DNA of 64,000 nucleotides from an uncultured Planctomycetota bacterium (GTDB lineage Bacteria > Planctomycetota > Planctomycetia > Isosphaerales > Isosphaeraceae), in the NCBI GenBank assembly GCA_963823665.1, contig CAWGMQ010000005.1:1856001-1920000 (forward strand), read 5' to 3'. How positions within the stretch are numbered: position 1 is the stretch's first letter; each line of letters begins with the position of its first letter. The notes beneath the pieces are model-generated. The model was not told the origin of the DNA. It saw nothing but the letters and a program-made list of their open reading frames with translations, and did not search any database. The translations under genes and the position numbers were made by a program. Below, in pieces: positions 1 through 10,994 of the stretch.

Positions 1-219
1 GGGCCGCTGAAATGGGGGCCGCGATTCGCTGCCCCGTAGCCTGAGACTCGCCCCGGAGGAAGGGACACGGCTGAACCGCTCATTATCTTGCCCACTCACA
101 ACGGTTGGCCGAACTCGTTGGCCCAGCCATCGACACTTTCGGTCGAATACCGCGACGTTTACAATTCATCTGGCCTTGGTTGACAAATTTGGCGGGATGA
201 GTTGACGAACGAGGATTGT

Positions 220-1266
220 GTGGAAAACCGCGCGGGCAATGAAATCCGTCGATTCATCCTGCGTTTCGTGGACGAATACCCGCACGAGATCGCGAAGCGA
301 GCGTCAGAGGAGTTCGGCGTTTCGCGTCAAGCTGTGCATCGACACCTGACGGCGCTTGTTCGGGAAGGTCAGATCGAGGCGAGCGGACAAGCACGCCGCA
401 AGCGCTATGGCCTCAAAACTCAGGTCGTCGAAAGAACTCTGCCATTAGCGGCGAATCAAGATGAAGAACGCGTTTGGCGACTGATTGTCGCCCCGGTGCT
501 CGCAGGCCTCCCGGAGAGCATCCTCAGGATCTGCGATTATGGATTCACGGAGATGTACAACAACGCGATCGAGCACTCGGAAGGAGCCACAGCGCAGATT
601 TTCATCGGCCGATCTGCCCGAACGATCACGCTTGGTGTCAAAGATAATGGAATAGGCATCTTCGAGAAGGTTCGTTCGGGGTTCAATCTGGAAGATGATC
701 GGCAGGCAATTTTCGAACTCTTGAAGGGCAAGCTCACAACGGACCCGAGCCGGCACTCAGGGCAGGGATTCTTCTTCTCGGCACGGTTATTTGACCGATT
801 CGACGTGATTGCGAACCAGACATGGCTTCGCTACATCGCAGGATTGCCCGCACAGTGGATGATTTCGTCGAAGGCGGATGACCACCGTGCGAGCGGCACC
901 TCAGTCGAGATGACGATCGCCGTCGACAGCCCGCGCCTGCTCCGGGAAGTCTTCGACTTTTATTCAAACCTGGAGTCCGGAGACTTCGAATTCTCCAAGA
1001 CGGACATACCCTTAAAGCTGGCCCAGTACGGAACAGACCTGCTCATCTCTCGGTCCCAGGCCAAGCGCATCCTGGCTCGGCTTGAATCGTTCGAGGAAGT
1101 GTTTCTCGATTTCTCGGGTGTCGAGGAGATTGGGCAGGCGTTTGCCGATGAGATCTTCCGCGTTTATGCGACGGCCCACCCCGCCGTGAAGCTGACTCCA
1201 ATCCATGCGAACGATGACGTGAACCGAATGATCCGGCGGGCGATTGCCGGGACGAAATCGAGATGA
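220..1266 (+). CDS. wHTH + HATPase_c + C-terminal STAS-like (DUF4325) protein
   Basis: N-terminal HTH (FGVSRQAVHRHL), GHKL motifs (EMYNNAIEHS, DNGIGI, SGQGFF), C-terminal SRSQAKR...LDFSGVEEIGQAFADEIFRV. GTG at 220 follows GAGGA; the ORF track starts at 202. Confidence 0.8.
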   Translation: MENRAGNEIRRFILRFVDEYPHEIAKRASEEFGVSRQAVHRHLTALVREGQIEASGQARRKRYGLKTQVVERTLPLAANQDEERVWRLIVAPVLAGLPESILRICDYGFTEMYNNAIEHSEGATAQIFIGRSARTITLGVKDNGIGIFEKVRSGFNLEDDRQAIFELLKGKLTTDPSRHSGQGFFFSARLFDRFDVIANQTWLRYIAGLPAQWMISSKADDHRASGTSVEMTIAVDSPRLLREVFDFYSNLESGDFEFSKTDIPLKLAQYGTDLLISRSQAKRILARLESFEEVFLDFSGVEEIGQAFADEIFRVYATAHPAVKLTPIHANDDVNRMIRRAIAGTKSR

Positions 1267-1376
1267 GGAGCGACTCAAACATCCGGGCTCGATGAGCGGG
1301 CGGCACACGGAGTGTGCCTGCTACATATGAGCACTGGCCTCGTCAGTCGTATCTTGGCGTAACGCTCGGCGGCGGC

Positions 1377-2282
1377 TCACGCGATTTTCGCCAGCGGGTG
1401 ACCGGCCAGTTTTTCTAGGATCGCGATCGGGGCGATCTCCGGGCAGGCCAGGCTCGAGCGGCGGATGATGAAGGTTTGCTCGAGGGCGAACTGGCCGCTC
1501 AAGCAGGCGTGGCTGGCGCTGTCGGTGAACACGATCCAGGTCGAGCCAGCGGGAAACTCCCAGCGGTCCTTGCGGCAGGTTTGCTGGAATCTAGCGTCTT
1601 CCTTCATCGCGTGGTGGATCTTGAGCATGAAGCGGTCATACGGAGGCCGATCGATTACCGGCAGGCCAATCCTGGCCGCGGCCCGGACGGTCAGCTCGGC
1701 ACATGTCTGGAGGGCACTCTGCTTCCGGTGAAGGCCGACGCGCTCGGCGAATTTGCCGGCGAGATCTCCGAAGTTGTCGGTGGTGATCCACACCCGCGGG
1801 CGCTCGGGATGAATGTTGGTGAAGATCCGCAGCAAGCGGTCGCCATGCGAGGGGCGCGTCGGAAACGAGTCGAAATGAAGAAGGTCATTTCGCGAGTGGA
1901 GCGAAACCTGCCGCCCGGATTCCTCGATCGGGCGGAAGCTCGCGAAGTCGATCTTCCAGGCACCGGCGTATTTCTTCAGCAAGCTCGCCATGAAGGCGAT
2001 GGCTTGCCCCGAATAGCCGCGCATGATCTCGTGGACTCTCGCCCGCTCTTCGGGATTGTCCTGGTCGACGCCTTTGAGCCGGTCTTCGAGTGTTCGGTAG
2101 CTGATGTTCTTGTGGTACGAGGCACTCACCTGCTTCTGCGTCACCAGGAACTTGCGGTGCTCCTCGGGCAAGAGCGGCGGAGAATCCGGAAAGTACAAGA
2201 TGTCGCCCGATTCGAGCCCGCGGTATTCGAGGGCACTGGCCTCGGTGTCAAATCGGTCTTTGCCAAGTGTGATTCGTGCCAT
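1377..2282 (-). CDS. kdoO: Kdo hydroxylase family protein (Fe(II)/2-oxoglutarate dioxygenase, Kdo to Ko)
   Basis: LE.G.ILYFP, KNISY, SFRP.EE.GR, DLLHFDSFPTRP..G.RLLRIFTNI, FPAGSTWIVFTD...HA..SGQFALEQTF, as in the KdoO family. Confidence 0.8.
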   Translation of the reverse strand: MARITLGKDRFDTEASALEYRGLESGDILYFPDSPPLLPEEHRKFLVTQKQVSASYHKNISYRTLEDRLKGVDQDNPEERARVHEIMRGYSGQAIAFMASLLKKYAGAWKIDFASFRPIEESGRQVSLHSRNDLLHFDSFPTRPSHGDRLLRIFTNIHPERPRVWITTDNFGDLAGKFAERVGLHRKQSALQTCAELTVRAAARIGLPVIDRPPYDRFMLKIHHAMKEDARFQQTCRKDRWEFPAGSTWIVFTDSASHACLSGQFALEQTFIIRRSSLACPEIAPIAILEKLAGHPLAKIA

Positions 2283-2515
2283 GCCAGACCGCTCCTTGAT
2301 CGATGGCTTCTTGATCGATGAATCCGTTCGGAAGGGAGTGGGTCCGAATCATACCGCGATTGCGTAACCTGGAAAGAGGAAACTCGCATTGACAGTGTTC
2401 GGCACATGGACGACATTGCGGCCGACGAAATCCGTTGCTGCACAGCCTGTTTCAGCCGGCTCGATGAATCGACTGGATTTTCAACCAAGACTTCACTCGC
2501 CAGAAGGAACTCGCG

Positions 2516-3385
2516 ATGAGCCAGCTTCCCGCCGCCGTGCTTTCCCGCGCTGCCCGCGGTCTTTCCCGACGATGCAAGGAAATGCGCAACACGATCGAAT
2601 GGCGCGCATCGCGGGCCATCCGGAACGAAGCGCCATGGTCGTATAACCGTTGGGGGCAGCGGTACCAGGCAGTGAGCCTCTCCGAGTATCACTACCTGCG
2701 CGACGGCAATCCCGAGAACTACGAAAGCGCCCTGATCGAGCAAGTTCTCAAAGCAGGAATGACCGTGGTCGACGTGGGTGCCAACCACGGAATGTTCAGT
2801 CTGGAGGCGGCTCACTTGATCGGCTGCGAAGGCGTGGTGCATGCGTTCGAGCCCACGCCACGGACGCGGGAGCTGCTGCGGAGCAACCTGGCGGCTAATG
2901 ACCTGAGCACGGTCAAGGTCTTTTCATCGGCGCTTGGCGAGACTTCCGGCACTGCTCGTCTTCGGGTGCATAACGAGCTGAGCGGGCTGAATACGCTCGC
3001 CGCGCTTGATGTCACCTGGAACCATCAGAAGCTTGCGGCGGATGAAATCATCGAGGTACCCGTGACAACATTGAGTGCACACGCACAGACTGAAGGGCTG
3101 GGCCAGATCGACTTCCTCAAGATTGATGTCGAGGGTTTTGAGCTGAGCGTGATCCGCGGGGCACGGGAGCTGCTGCGCGAAAAGCGCATCGACCTGATCC
3201 TGCTCGAGATCGGCGACGGCACCTGCGCGACGGCTGGAGTCGACCCGATCGAGGTGCTCCATGAGCTCGAGTCGCTGGGCTATCGGTTGCATTCGATTGA
3301 TTCGGAAGGCAGAGTTTGCGACCGGGTTCGGGCGTTCCCCGAAACTTCGTTCAGTGCCAACTTCCTGGCGATGCCGGGAGTGTGA
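2516..3385 (+). CDS. FkbM family SAM-dependent methyltransferase
   Basis: VVDVGANHG, AFEP and FLKIDVEGFE motifs. Confidence 0.9.
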   Translation: MSQLPAAVLSRAARGLSRRCKEMRNTIEWRASRAIRNEAPWSYNRWGQRYQAVSLSEYHYLRDGNPENYESALIEQVLKAGMTVVDVGANHGMFSLEAAHLIGCEGVVHAFEPTPRTRELLRSNLAANDLSTVKVFSSALGETSGTARLRVHNELSGLNTLAALDVTWNHQKLAADEIIEVPVTTLSAHAQTEGLGQIDFLKIDVEGFELSVIRGARELLREKRIDLILLEIGDGTCATAGVDPIEVLHELESLGYRLHSIDSEGRVCDRVRAFPETSFSANFLAMPGV

Positions 3386-3386
3386 G

Positions 3387-4208
3387 TCACCAGTGCATCA
3401 CAAATCCACCATCGACGTTGATTGTCTGCCCCGTGATGTTCCTCGCTCGATTCGACGCGAGGAAGACCGCCATGGCCGCGATGTCTTCCGGGTGCTGCCA
3501 GCGATTGAGCGGGACGACTTTCTTGATCTTTTCTGCTGACCACGCTTCGTAGGTTGAGCGTTCCGATTCGGGCTGATCTCGTGCCCAGGCTTCGTATACG
3601 CCGCGGTTGAGCGGAGTTTGCACCATGCCGGGGCAGAGCGAGTTCACCCGCACGCCGGAGGGTGCGAGGTCCTTGGCTGCGCACTGGGCAAAGTTGATCA
3701 CGGCGGCCTTGGCGGCGCTGTAGGGTGGATCGGTCTGTGAGCCGATCTGGCCTGCCACCGACGAGAGAAAAAGAATTGACGGAGAAATGTCAGTTCGGGC
3801 GGTTGTGTTTGCGAACGCGTGAGCCATCGTGGGGGCAAACGCATGCGCTACGTTCACCGCGCCGACCAGATTGATCTTGAGGACGCGGTCCCAGTCAGAA
3901 GGCTCGAGCTTCCAGAACGGAAACCCGAATTTGCCCGACCCGGCACCGACGGCGTAAACCACATGCTCGCACTGGCCCAACCGACGGGTGATCTCCCCAG
4001 CCGCGTGCTGGACGGCTGAGTAATCACAGACATCCACGACCAGACTGATCGATCCGGGAAACTCCGTTACGAGATCCACGACACGAGGGTCGATATCAAT
4101 GGCGGCAATTCGCGCTTTCTCGGCGGCGAACGTCTTCGCGATCGCCGCGCCGATTCCACTGGCCGCACCGAAAATAGCCACCACGCTACTGGAGAGGCCC
4201 AGATCCAT
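3387..4208 (-). CDS. SDR family oxidoreductase
   Basis: GAASGIG, YSAAK (YxxxK), VRVNSLCPG, ITGQTINVDGG. Confidence 0.93.
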   Translation of the reverse strand: MDLGLSSSVVAIFGAASGIGAAIAKTFAAEKARIAAIDIDPRVVDLVTEFPGSISLVVDVCDYSAVQHAAGEITRRLGQCEHVVYAVGAGSGKFGFPFWKLEPSDWDRVLKINLVGAVNVAHAFAPTMAHAFANTTARTDISPSILFLSSVAGQIGSQTDPPYSAAKAAVINFAQCAAKDLAPSGVRVNSLCPGMVQTPLNRGVYEAWARDQPESERSTYEAWSAEKIKKVVPLNRWQHPEDIAAMAVFLASNRARNITGQTINVDGGFVMHW

Positions 4209-4217
4209 CGCGATGAC

Positions 4218-4487
4218 TCATTTTCCGCTGGAACGCTGGCGGCCGGCTTGCTGGTTGCCACGGCCGATGTCAACCATGCGCTCACGAGCACTCGGGTCCG
4301 CATCGGGGCCGGCAGATTGCGACAGCTTGCTCTGGTCACGCGCGAGCTTGCCCTTCTTCTTGCCTTTGCCTTTCCCCTTGGCGCCGGGTGAGACACCAGG
4401 CAGTCCCTCCGCAAAATCTGCGTCTTGATCGGCCGGCGGTTGGTCCGGCAGTGCGTCGGTCAGCTTGAAACGCCCAAATCCCGGCAT
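4218..4487 (-). CDS. small basic hypothetical protein
   Basis: GGAGG RBS before the ATG; ends 9 nt upstream of the SDR gene on the same strand; KGKGKGKKKGK stretch. Confidence 0.6.
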   Translation of the reverse strand: MPGFGRFKLTDALPDQPPADQDADFAEGLPGVSPGAKGKGKGKKKGKLARDQSKLSQSAGPDADPSARERMVDIGRGNQQAGRQRSSGK

Positions 4488-4648
4488 TGAGGTTGCCTCC
4501 GTTCCGATGAATGTGGTCTGTCGATAGATTCATAGTAGAGCGAAAGCAGCCCGATTTTTCTAGCGAAATGCAACGAACTCCCGTCGAGATGTGGTACAGT
4601 TGACGCCGCTCGGCGAATTTGCTGGGTGTGCTCGGGAGTGGTTGGGAC

Positions 4649-4699
4649 GTCAGGCTAAAGCCTGACCTACTTCGGATGTCAGGCTGAAGCCTGACCTAC
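4649..4699. repeat. two tandem GTAG-type REP-like palindromes (GTCAGGCT[A/G]AAGCCTGACCTAC)
   Basis: Copies at 4649-4670 and 4678-4699. The reverse complement is GTAG followed by the hairpin GTCAGGCT..AGCCTGAC. A third copy lies at 55672. Confidence 0.8.
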
Positions 4700-4712
4700 T
4701 GGGGAGGCATTC

Positions 4713-5480
4713 ATGCTCCAGGAAACCGGATCGTTGACTCGCCGCGAATTCGCCCGAAATGCGTTGCAATCGGCGACTGCCCTGGCCTTGATCGAGGGGC
4801 TCTGGTCGAGCCGGCTGTTCGGGGACGGAGTGCGGCCTCTGATCGACGATTGGTTCAAAGAGGTCGACGCGATCAGCAAAGATGTCCACGACCACAAGAC
4901 GAAAGACGTCGAGTTTCAGAAGTCGCTCGAAGAGCTGTATCGGCGCGTGGACTTGAAGGCGCTGCTGGCTTCTCTCGACTTCGATCGATTGGCTGGAGGA
5001 ATAAGCTTCCCGGCGAAGGGAGCCAAGAGCTTTTCCGGCGATGAGCTGCACATGACGGGTTTGCCAAGGAAACCGATCTTCGGTAGACAGGTCTTCGCGA
5101 TGAAGAAGGGGCGATCGGTTGTGCCGCATGGTCATGACAACATGGCCACGGGGTTCCTCGTTCTCAAGGGCAGTTTCCGGGGCCGACACTACGACCGGGT
5201 GGAAGATCACCCGGAGCATTATGTCATCCGCCCGACGATCGATCGCGTGTTCAAGCCGGGCGAGTTCTCGACCATCTCAGACCATAAGGACAACATTCAC
5301 TGGTTCACGGCCGAAGGCGAGACTGGCTTCATTTTCAACGTCCACGTGGTGGAGACCGATCGCGACAACAAGAAGAAGCCAGGGCGAGTGTACGTCGACC
5401 CGATGGGAGAGAAGCTTGCGGGCGGCCTGATCAAAGCCCCCAAGATCACGTATGGGAAGGTGAACGAGCTCTATGGGTAA
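4713..5480 (+). CDS. putative Tat-exported cupin-fold protein
   Basis: LTRREF twin-arginine-like leader; VPHGH...H metal-binding cupin-like motif; GGGGAGG RBS. Confidence 0.6.
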   Translation: MLQETGSLTRREFARNALQSATALALIEGLWSSRLFGDGVRPLIDDWFKEVDAISKDVHDHKTKDVEFQKSLEELYRRVDLKALLASLDFDRLAGGISFPAKGAKSFSGDELHMTGLPRKPIFGRQVFAMKKGRSVVPHGHDNMATGFLVLKGSFRGRHYDRVEDHPEHYVIRPTIDRVFKPGEFSTISDHKDNIHWFTAEGETGFIFNVHVVETDRDNKKKPGRVYVDPMGEKLAGGLIKAPKITYGKVNELYG

Positions 5481-5503
5481 CTAGGCCGACAGGCGTGTCG
5501 GCC

Positions 5504-5941
5504 CTACGGGGAGCGCCGCAGGCCGTACAGCAATGAGCCGACTTCGCCGTGAACCTCGCGGGTGTGGCGAACGATCAGTGCCGGCGGCATGGGCCAGGGA
5601 ACGATCGCGCCGACAGCGGCCGTGTCATCGGCCGCGTTCTGCCCGCGGCGTGCGCGGCGCTGGCGGCGGCGTTCGACCGTTTGGCGGATCGAGGCCTGGT
5701 AGTCCGCACTCGGCTCTGCGGCGCGGGCGGCGGGTTTTTTGCCACGTGGGGCTCGTGCATCGCCACTGTCGGTCTTGCCTGGATCGGATGGTGTGGCCTT
5801 GCGATCGGCGGAGCCGGCCGACTGACCGCCGCGGCCGGATTCCTGGGCCTGGGCGAAGGCGTCGCCCGCCGCGCAGCACGTGCAAATCCAGAAAAAGCCG
5901 GCTAGAACCCAACGCGACAGGCGGAGCATAGAGCCGTCCAT
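5504..5941 (-). CDS. hypothetical secreted protein
   Basis: AAAGGAG RBS; signal-peptide-like N-terminus ending AFAQA. Confidence 0.6.
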   Translation of the reverse strand: MDGSMLRLSRWVLAGFFWICTCCAAGDAFAQAQESGRGGQSAGSADRKATPSDPGKTDSGDARAPRGKKPAARAAEPSADYQASIRQTVERRRQRRARRGQNAADDTAAVGAIVPWPMPPALIVRHTREVHGEVGSLLYGLRRSP

Positions 5942-6130
5942 GCGTCATCTCCTTTCGGGTGTGCGGCGGTTTGAGCTGCCTGCGTTGCCATGACCAGATG
6001 GGACGATTAGACCGTCCCACGCAAGGAACGGCAAGCACGACGAACATCTGGATCGCATCGTTGTGTGAACCGTCACGAGATCTTAACATAGCGTTCGAGA
6101 CAGTCTTTATCCAGGCGCGGGAGCCTCGCG

Positions 6131-8679
6131 GTGATCGGGATCGGCACGACGCTCAACGACAGGTTTCTCCTGGAAAAGGAGCTGGGGCGCGGCGGCATGG
6201 GAGCGGTCTATTCCGCGAAGGACCAGCTCCTCGAGCGTAAAGTCGCGATCAAGGTGCTCAAGGAGCAGAGCGGCGAGGAGGTCGGCAAGAAGCTACGGCT
6301 CGAGGCGCAGATTGCGGCCAGGCTGCTTCACGAAAACGTGGTTCGAATCTACGATTTCGGCCAGGCGGCTGGGATCTATTTCCTGGTGATGGAAGAGGTG
6401 AACGGCACCAGCTACTCGAAGCGGTGGCGACAGCTTCCGCCCGCCGAGCGGCTTTTCGTGCTGGCGCTCGTGGCCGATGCGCTTGATTATGCCCACCATC
6501 AAGGAGTGGTTCATCGCGACATCAAGCCGGCCAACGTGCTGATGACATCGGCCGACTCGCCCAAGCTCTCGGACTTCGGGCTTTCGATGCTTGCCTTTTC
6601 CGATGAAGGCGAGAAATCAGGCGTCATCCGAGGCACTCCGCACTACATGAGCCCGGAGCAAACGCGGGGCAGCCGGTTGGATTTTCGTACCGACCTGTAC
6701 TCGCTCGGGGTGATGATCTACGAATCGGCAACCGGCGGTGTGCCGTTTGCCGGGCCTTCCGTCGCGATCATGTCACAGCATTATTCGGTGGCGCCGGACC
6801 GGCCGCAGTCGCGCAATCCGCTCGTCTCGAACGAGCTCGAAGCGCTCATCCTGTCGCTCCTCGCCAAGGCACCCGCGGACCGGCCTTCTTCCGGGGGTGC
6901 TGTCGCGCAGGCGCTGCGAGAGGAAGGGGAGCGAGTCAAGGAAGGCGCGGCGGCGGCGCCATCAGGCCGTGTGAGCGCCGCGGGAACCGTGAGCGTGACA
7001 GCTCCGTCACTGACGGCGCCCATGCCCGCCTCGAGCGCCCCGGCTGCCAACGGAGCGGGCGCGGGGGCGCCTTCGGTTCCAACGGTTGAACGGAGCCGGG
7101 CCATTCGCGCCGGGGATTCGATCAAGACTGATGCGGCCCCCCCTGCTCCTTCGATTGCGGCCCACCGTGCTGCCGTCGCCACGGTTGCGGGAACCGGCGG
7201 GATGCTCGCCCTGGTTCGATCGCCTCTGGTTCGCCGAATGCTCGAGCTCGTCCTGGCGGAACCGATTCTGGTCACTCCGGAAGAGCGCTACCTGCACGGC
7301 CACTATCTTGCCTACCTCCTGAGCGGATCGCGGAGGCGCGGTCTCTTTCTTCGCCGGCCGATGGAGCCCCGCAACGCCGACCGTGCGCGGTTGCTGCTGG
7401 GGGTCACTTACGCCATCATGGCCGATGCGACCGACGAAGCCATCGAAGAAGCAGCCGCGCTCCTTGATGAACGCGTCGAAGTGCGGACGTATCTATCGCC
7501 AATCGTGATGTCCAAATACCTTTTCTGCCGTTCGAGCCCAGCCCGGCGCAAGCTGTTTCGCCAGACGCGCAAGGCCATCGGCGACCAGAGCGCCTATGCC
7601 CAGAAGAAGATGCTCGACCCGCAGGGGGTTCTCAACCCCGGTTTGATGCCGCAGAAGCTGTCGGACCTGAACCTGCTCGCACCGGCCCGGATGGAGGTTG
7701 ACGACATTCTGGTCGAGCGCTGGAACCGGGTGGCCGAGGTGTGGCGAGAGCAGCCGGATTTCCGCACTGCGGTGCTTCGGTACGCGACGGCGAGCGCTTA
7801 CCGCGACCCGGCCAGCACGGGGTTGTGGCCCGAAATCGTCTACCCCTTGATCGAACGGGCTCGGTGGCACCGCCGGATTCGCGGGCGCACCGAAGCGATC
7901 TGGGATTACATCAGCGGCAAGATCCTTCACGTTGCGGATGCCGGCGTCAAGCTCGACCAGGCAATCGACCGGGTCGTCCCCGCGCCCTTGGTCGCCGAGC
8001 TCGACGAATCGCTCGAGCTCATGGTCGAGGACCAGCGGCTCGACGACGACGAAGCCGACCCGTTCGCGGCGGCGGCCGCACCGGATGAGACCGATCGCCT
8101 GACAGCCTCGCTCACCACCAGCCGGGTGAGCCTGGTGGAGCTTGCGAGCGAGCCGGCCCAGTCAGACAAGTCAAAGAACCTGATGCGGCTGGTCGACCCC
8201 GATCCACTCCGGTTCGTCCAGAGTCAGCTCCACGATCTGTGGAAGGAAGCGCTTCAAGCTCTTCAGAGCCAGGGCCATGCGCGCCGGGTGCCAAGCCCGC
8301 CAGCCACCGGCCCGTGCCGATCGGCCCTTTTCGAGTGATCGTCATCCCGTCAATCCGCGGGCGGGCCGCCGGCCAGATCGCCATCCAGGGCATGGCCAAC
8401 AAGCAAATCGAGGTCACCACGCCCACCCTGCGTACCCGAGGATCTCCGTCCAAGGCCCTTCTGGCGATCTGGCTCTACCGCGACAACAGCCTCGTCATCG
8501 CCCACCTCGATTTCATGAACTCCGAGCATTACGTCCTGTGGCATGCCCCAAAAAGCCACCAGCTTAACTTTGATGATGCGGGTGAGCTCAACCACGAGCT
8601 CTTCAGTCTCGGCATGGAAGTTCCTGATCAGATCGACAAAGTACTCTCCCGCTCGTTCAAGCCTCAGAACCCTGTCTGA
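6131..8679 (+). CDS. Hanks-type Ser/Thr protein kinase with long cytoplasmic C-terminal region; single-base frameshift near 8280
   Basis: LGRGGMGAVY, VAIK, HRDIKPAN, DFG, GTPHYMSPE. The frame continues as PGAKPASHRPVPIGPF...FKPQNPV (ORF 8239..8679) after one missing base. Confidence 0.85.
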
Positions 8680-8937
8680 CCGCGGGCCTGATTGCCCAAG
8701 CTTCCCAGTTTTTCTTTGTGCGTGCTCTGCGCGGTTGCTGGAGCGGCTTTGCGGTTCTCGAAAACTCTGATCTTGGCTAGGATTTGCGCGATCGATCAAT
8801 GCACCGAGCCTCGTGGGCGCGTCGACCGATGGCATGGAAGGCCACGGTGTGCGCGGGAAGTCTGTCGCCCCCGGAAGACAGGTGTCCTTACTCCGAAACC
8901 GTCCGGGCTCGGCCCGGAGCGGATTGAGACGGTGGAA

Positions 8938-10671
8938 ATGAATGATGCAAATGGATTTGCAGATCGGAAGCCAGCTTCGAACGATGGGGCTTTCTCGCCA
9001 GGCCGGCCGACTTACCGCCACGACGGCGCGGTTTTAAAGGGCAATGCAGTAGCCGGAGAAGTGGCCGTGGGCCCGGATGGGCGCCGGACGGGCTGGGCAC
9101 GGATCGAGCGCGGCTGGTGGCTGGTGCTTGGCATCACGATGCTGGTCTTCTCGGCGTTTCCGATTGCCAACCTGGTGCTGGGTTTCTCCACCAAGGACTA
9201 TGGCCTGTGGTATCAGGTGGGCCTGGCTATTCGCCAAGGGCTTGATATCTATCCTCGGCCCGAAAGCCATCGTCTTTTTCCGTTCATGTACCCCCCGTCC
9301 GCTGCGGCGATGCTCGCCTGGCTGAGCGTGCTGGGGCGTACTGGGTCGCTGCTGGCGCTCGTCGTCGTGAATTCGGCTTCGTGGCTGGCTTCCATTTTGC
9401 TCTCCGTCTACCTGGCGGTGAAACCCGGGGCCGGGCGACACCCCTTGGTTTTGATCGTTCCGTCACTTTGCATCATCGTTCTGGTGCACAACATCTATCT
9501 GCTCGGTCAGCCGAATCTTCTGCTGCTGGCGCTTCTCCTGGGGGCATTCGTCTGTTTGCAGCACGGGCGCTCCGTGTCGGCCGGTGTGCTCGTGGCCACG
9601 GCGGCGGCGATCAAGGCTTTTCCGATCATGGCGCTGGGCTATCTTATTTATCGACGGATGTGGGCTGCGTCTGCCGCAACTGTGGTGGCGCTCTGCGCGT
9701 GGCTCTTCATCGCGCCCCTTTCGTTTCGAACACCCGCGCAGGTGGTCGACGATGTGGTTGTCTGGTCGAAGGGAATGCTCTTCACGTATGACTCACATGG
9801 AATCGCGCAGCGGCCGTTCCGATCGTACAGCTACAAGAACCAGTCGATCATGGCGCTCGCCCACCGATTGCTTCGCGCCGTGCCGGCCGATGGCGAAGCC
9901 GTTCTGTCACGACGCGAGAAAGAAGGCCAAGCCGACTTGCGACCGACCAAGGGAATTGCCGGGGTCGACCCTTCCACCGACCTCCTCGCTTTTCTGAAGG
10001 CACACGCAGAGAACTCGCCCGACCAGGCAGGCGCGAAGACCGCTTCCTCAGCCGATCTGGGGGCGGGGGTTACCGGCCTGGCAACCGCAAGGGGCGGTAG
10101 TTCGGAGCGTGGCCTTCGCTGGGAAGAGACTGTGCAGGCGGCCGAACCGGCCCTTCGCAATGCGTGGAAGGTCAATTTTCTCGACTTGAACTTTCGGGGC
10201 GTGACCGCGGTCACGCTGGCGGTGATGCTGGGTTTATGCGGGTTTGTGCTCGCAGTGCTCCCGCGGCAGCGGCAGCGTACCCGCGAGACCGACGCGATTG
10301 AATATGCGATCGTCATCCTGCTTACCGTGATGTTCTCTCCGCTCTCGTTCAACTATGCTTACGTTTGGTTGATTTACCCGATGACGCTGGGTCTGCACCT
10401 GGTGATGAGCGAGCCGCCGGGTGCTCGTGGTCATCGCATCCGGGTCGGCTGGATCGCCGCGGTATTCCTGATACCGGCGCTCGCGCTGCCGATGCCCGTT
10501 CTGGCACAAGCCTACGGCAATCTGTTCGTGCCCGCGCTCTTGCTCCTGCTGGGATTGGGTGTGATGCTTCGTGCAGCATGCCGGAACCCTCAGGAACAAA
10601 AGACCATGGTGGATCCGGCGCATGTTCCGCATGGCGACCACCATTCCCGGCCGATCGAGGCGGTCATCTGA
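8938..10671 (+). CDS. glycosyltransferase family 87 (DUF2029) polytopic membrane protein
   Basis: FMYPP, LGQPN, AAAIKAFP and NQS motifs; many TM segments; start assigned to ATG 8938. Confidence 0.8.
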   Translation: MNDANGFADRKPASNDGAFSPGRPTYRHDGAVLKGNAVAGEVAVGPDGRRTGWARIERGWWLVLGITMLVFSAFPIANLVLGFSTKDYGLWYQVGLAIRQGLDIYPRPESHRLFPFMYPPSAAAMLAWLSVLGRTGSLLALVVVNSASWLASILLSVYLAVKPGAGRHPLVLIVPSLCIIVLVHNIYLLGQPNLLLLALLLGAFVCLQHGRSVSAGVLVATAAAIKAFPIMALGYLIYRRMWAASAATVVALCAWLFIAPLSFRTPAQVVDDVVVWSKGMLFTYDSHGIAQRPFRSYSYKNQSIMALAHRLLRAVPADGEAVLSRREKEGQADLRPTKGIAGVDPSTDLLAFLKAHAENSPDQAGAKTASSADLGAGVTGLATARGGSSERGLRWEETVQAAEPALRNAWKVNFLDLNFRGVTAVTLAVMLGLCGFVLAVLPRQRQRTRETDAIEYAIVILLTVMFSPLSFNYAYVWLIYPMTLGLHLVMSEPPGARGHRIRVGWIAAVFLIPALALPMPVLAQAYGNLFVPALLLLLGLGVMLRAACRNPQEQKTMVDPAHVPHGDHHSRPIEAVI

Positions 10672-10994
10672 CCGCCAAGCGTTGCAAGCGATCGTGCGGC
10701 GAAGAGGCCACTCTGGGATTGCCTTTTTTCAGGCTTTGGCCAAGAATGCCGCCATCATTTGAATGAGGCATCCAGCGCGAAGGAACGCGGCGGATGGACA
10801 GGAAGCGGATTGCGGTCGCGATTCGACCACGGGTTGAGTCGCGGCTGATCGCGAGGACCGGAAGCGGCGCCCACCTTTGAAGGCCGCTTCCGGAGCCGAA
10901 CGAGGCAGAGCGCGAGGCCGATTGGGTTCCCCCGATCGACTCGCCCTGCGAGCAACCGCAAGCGAGAAAGGTCCAGGCAAGGAGGCGAAAGCCG

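Noticed and set aside
4649..4699. Possible CRISPR repeats
   Set aside because: Only two 22-nt units with a 7-nt spacer and no cas genes; fits REP elements.
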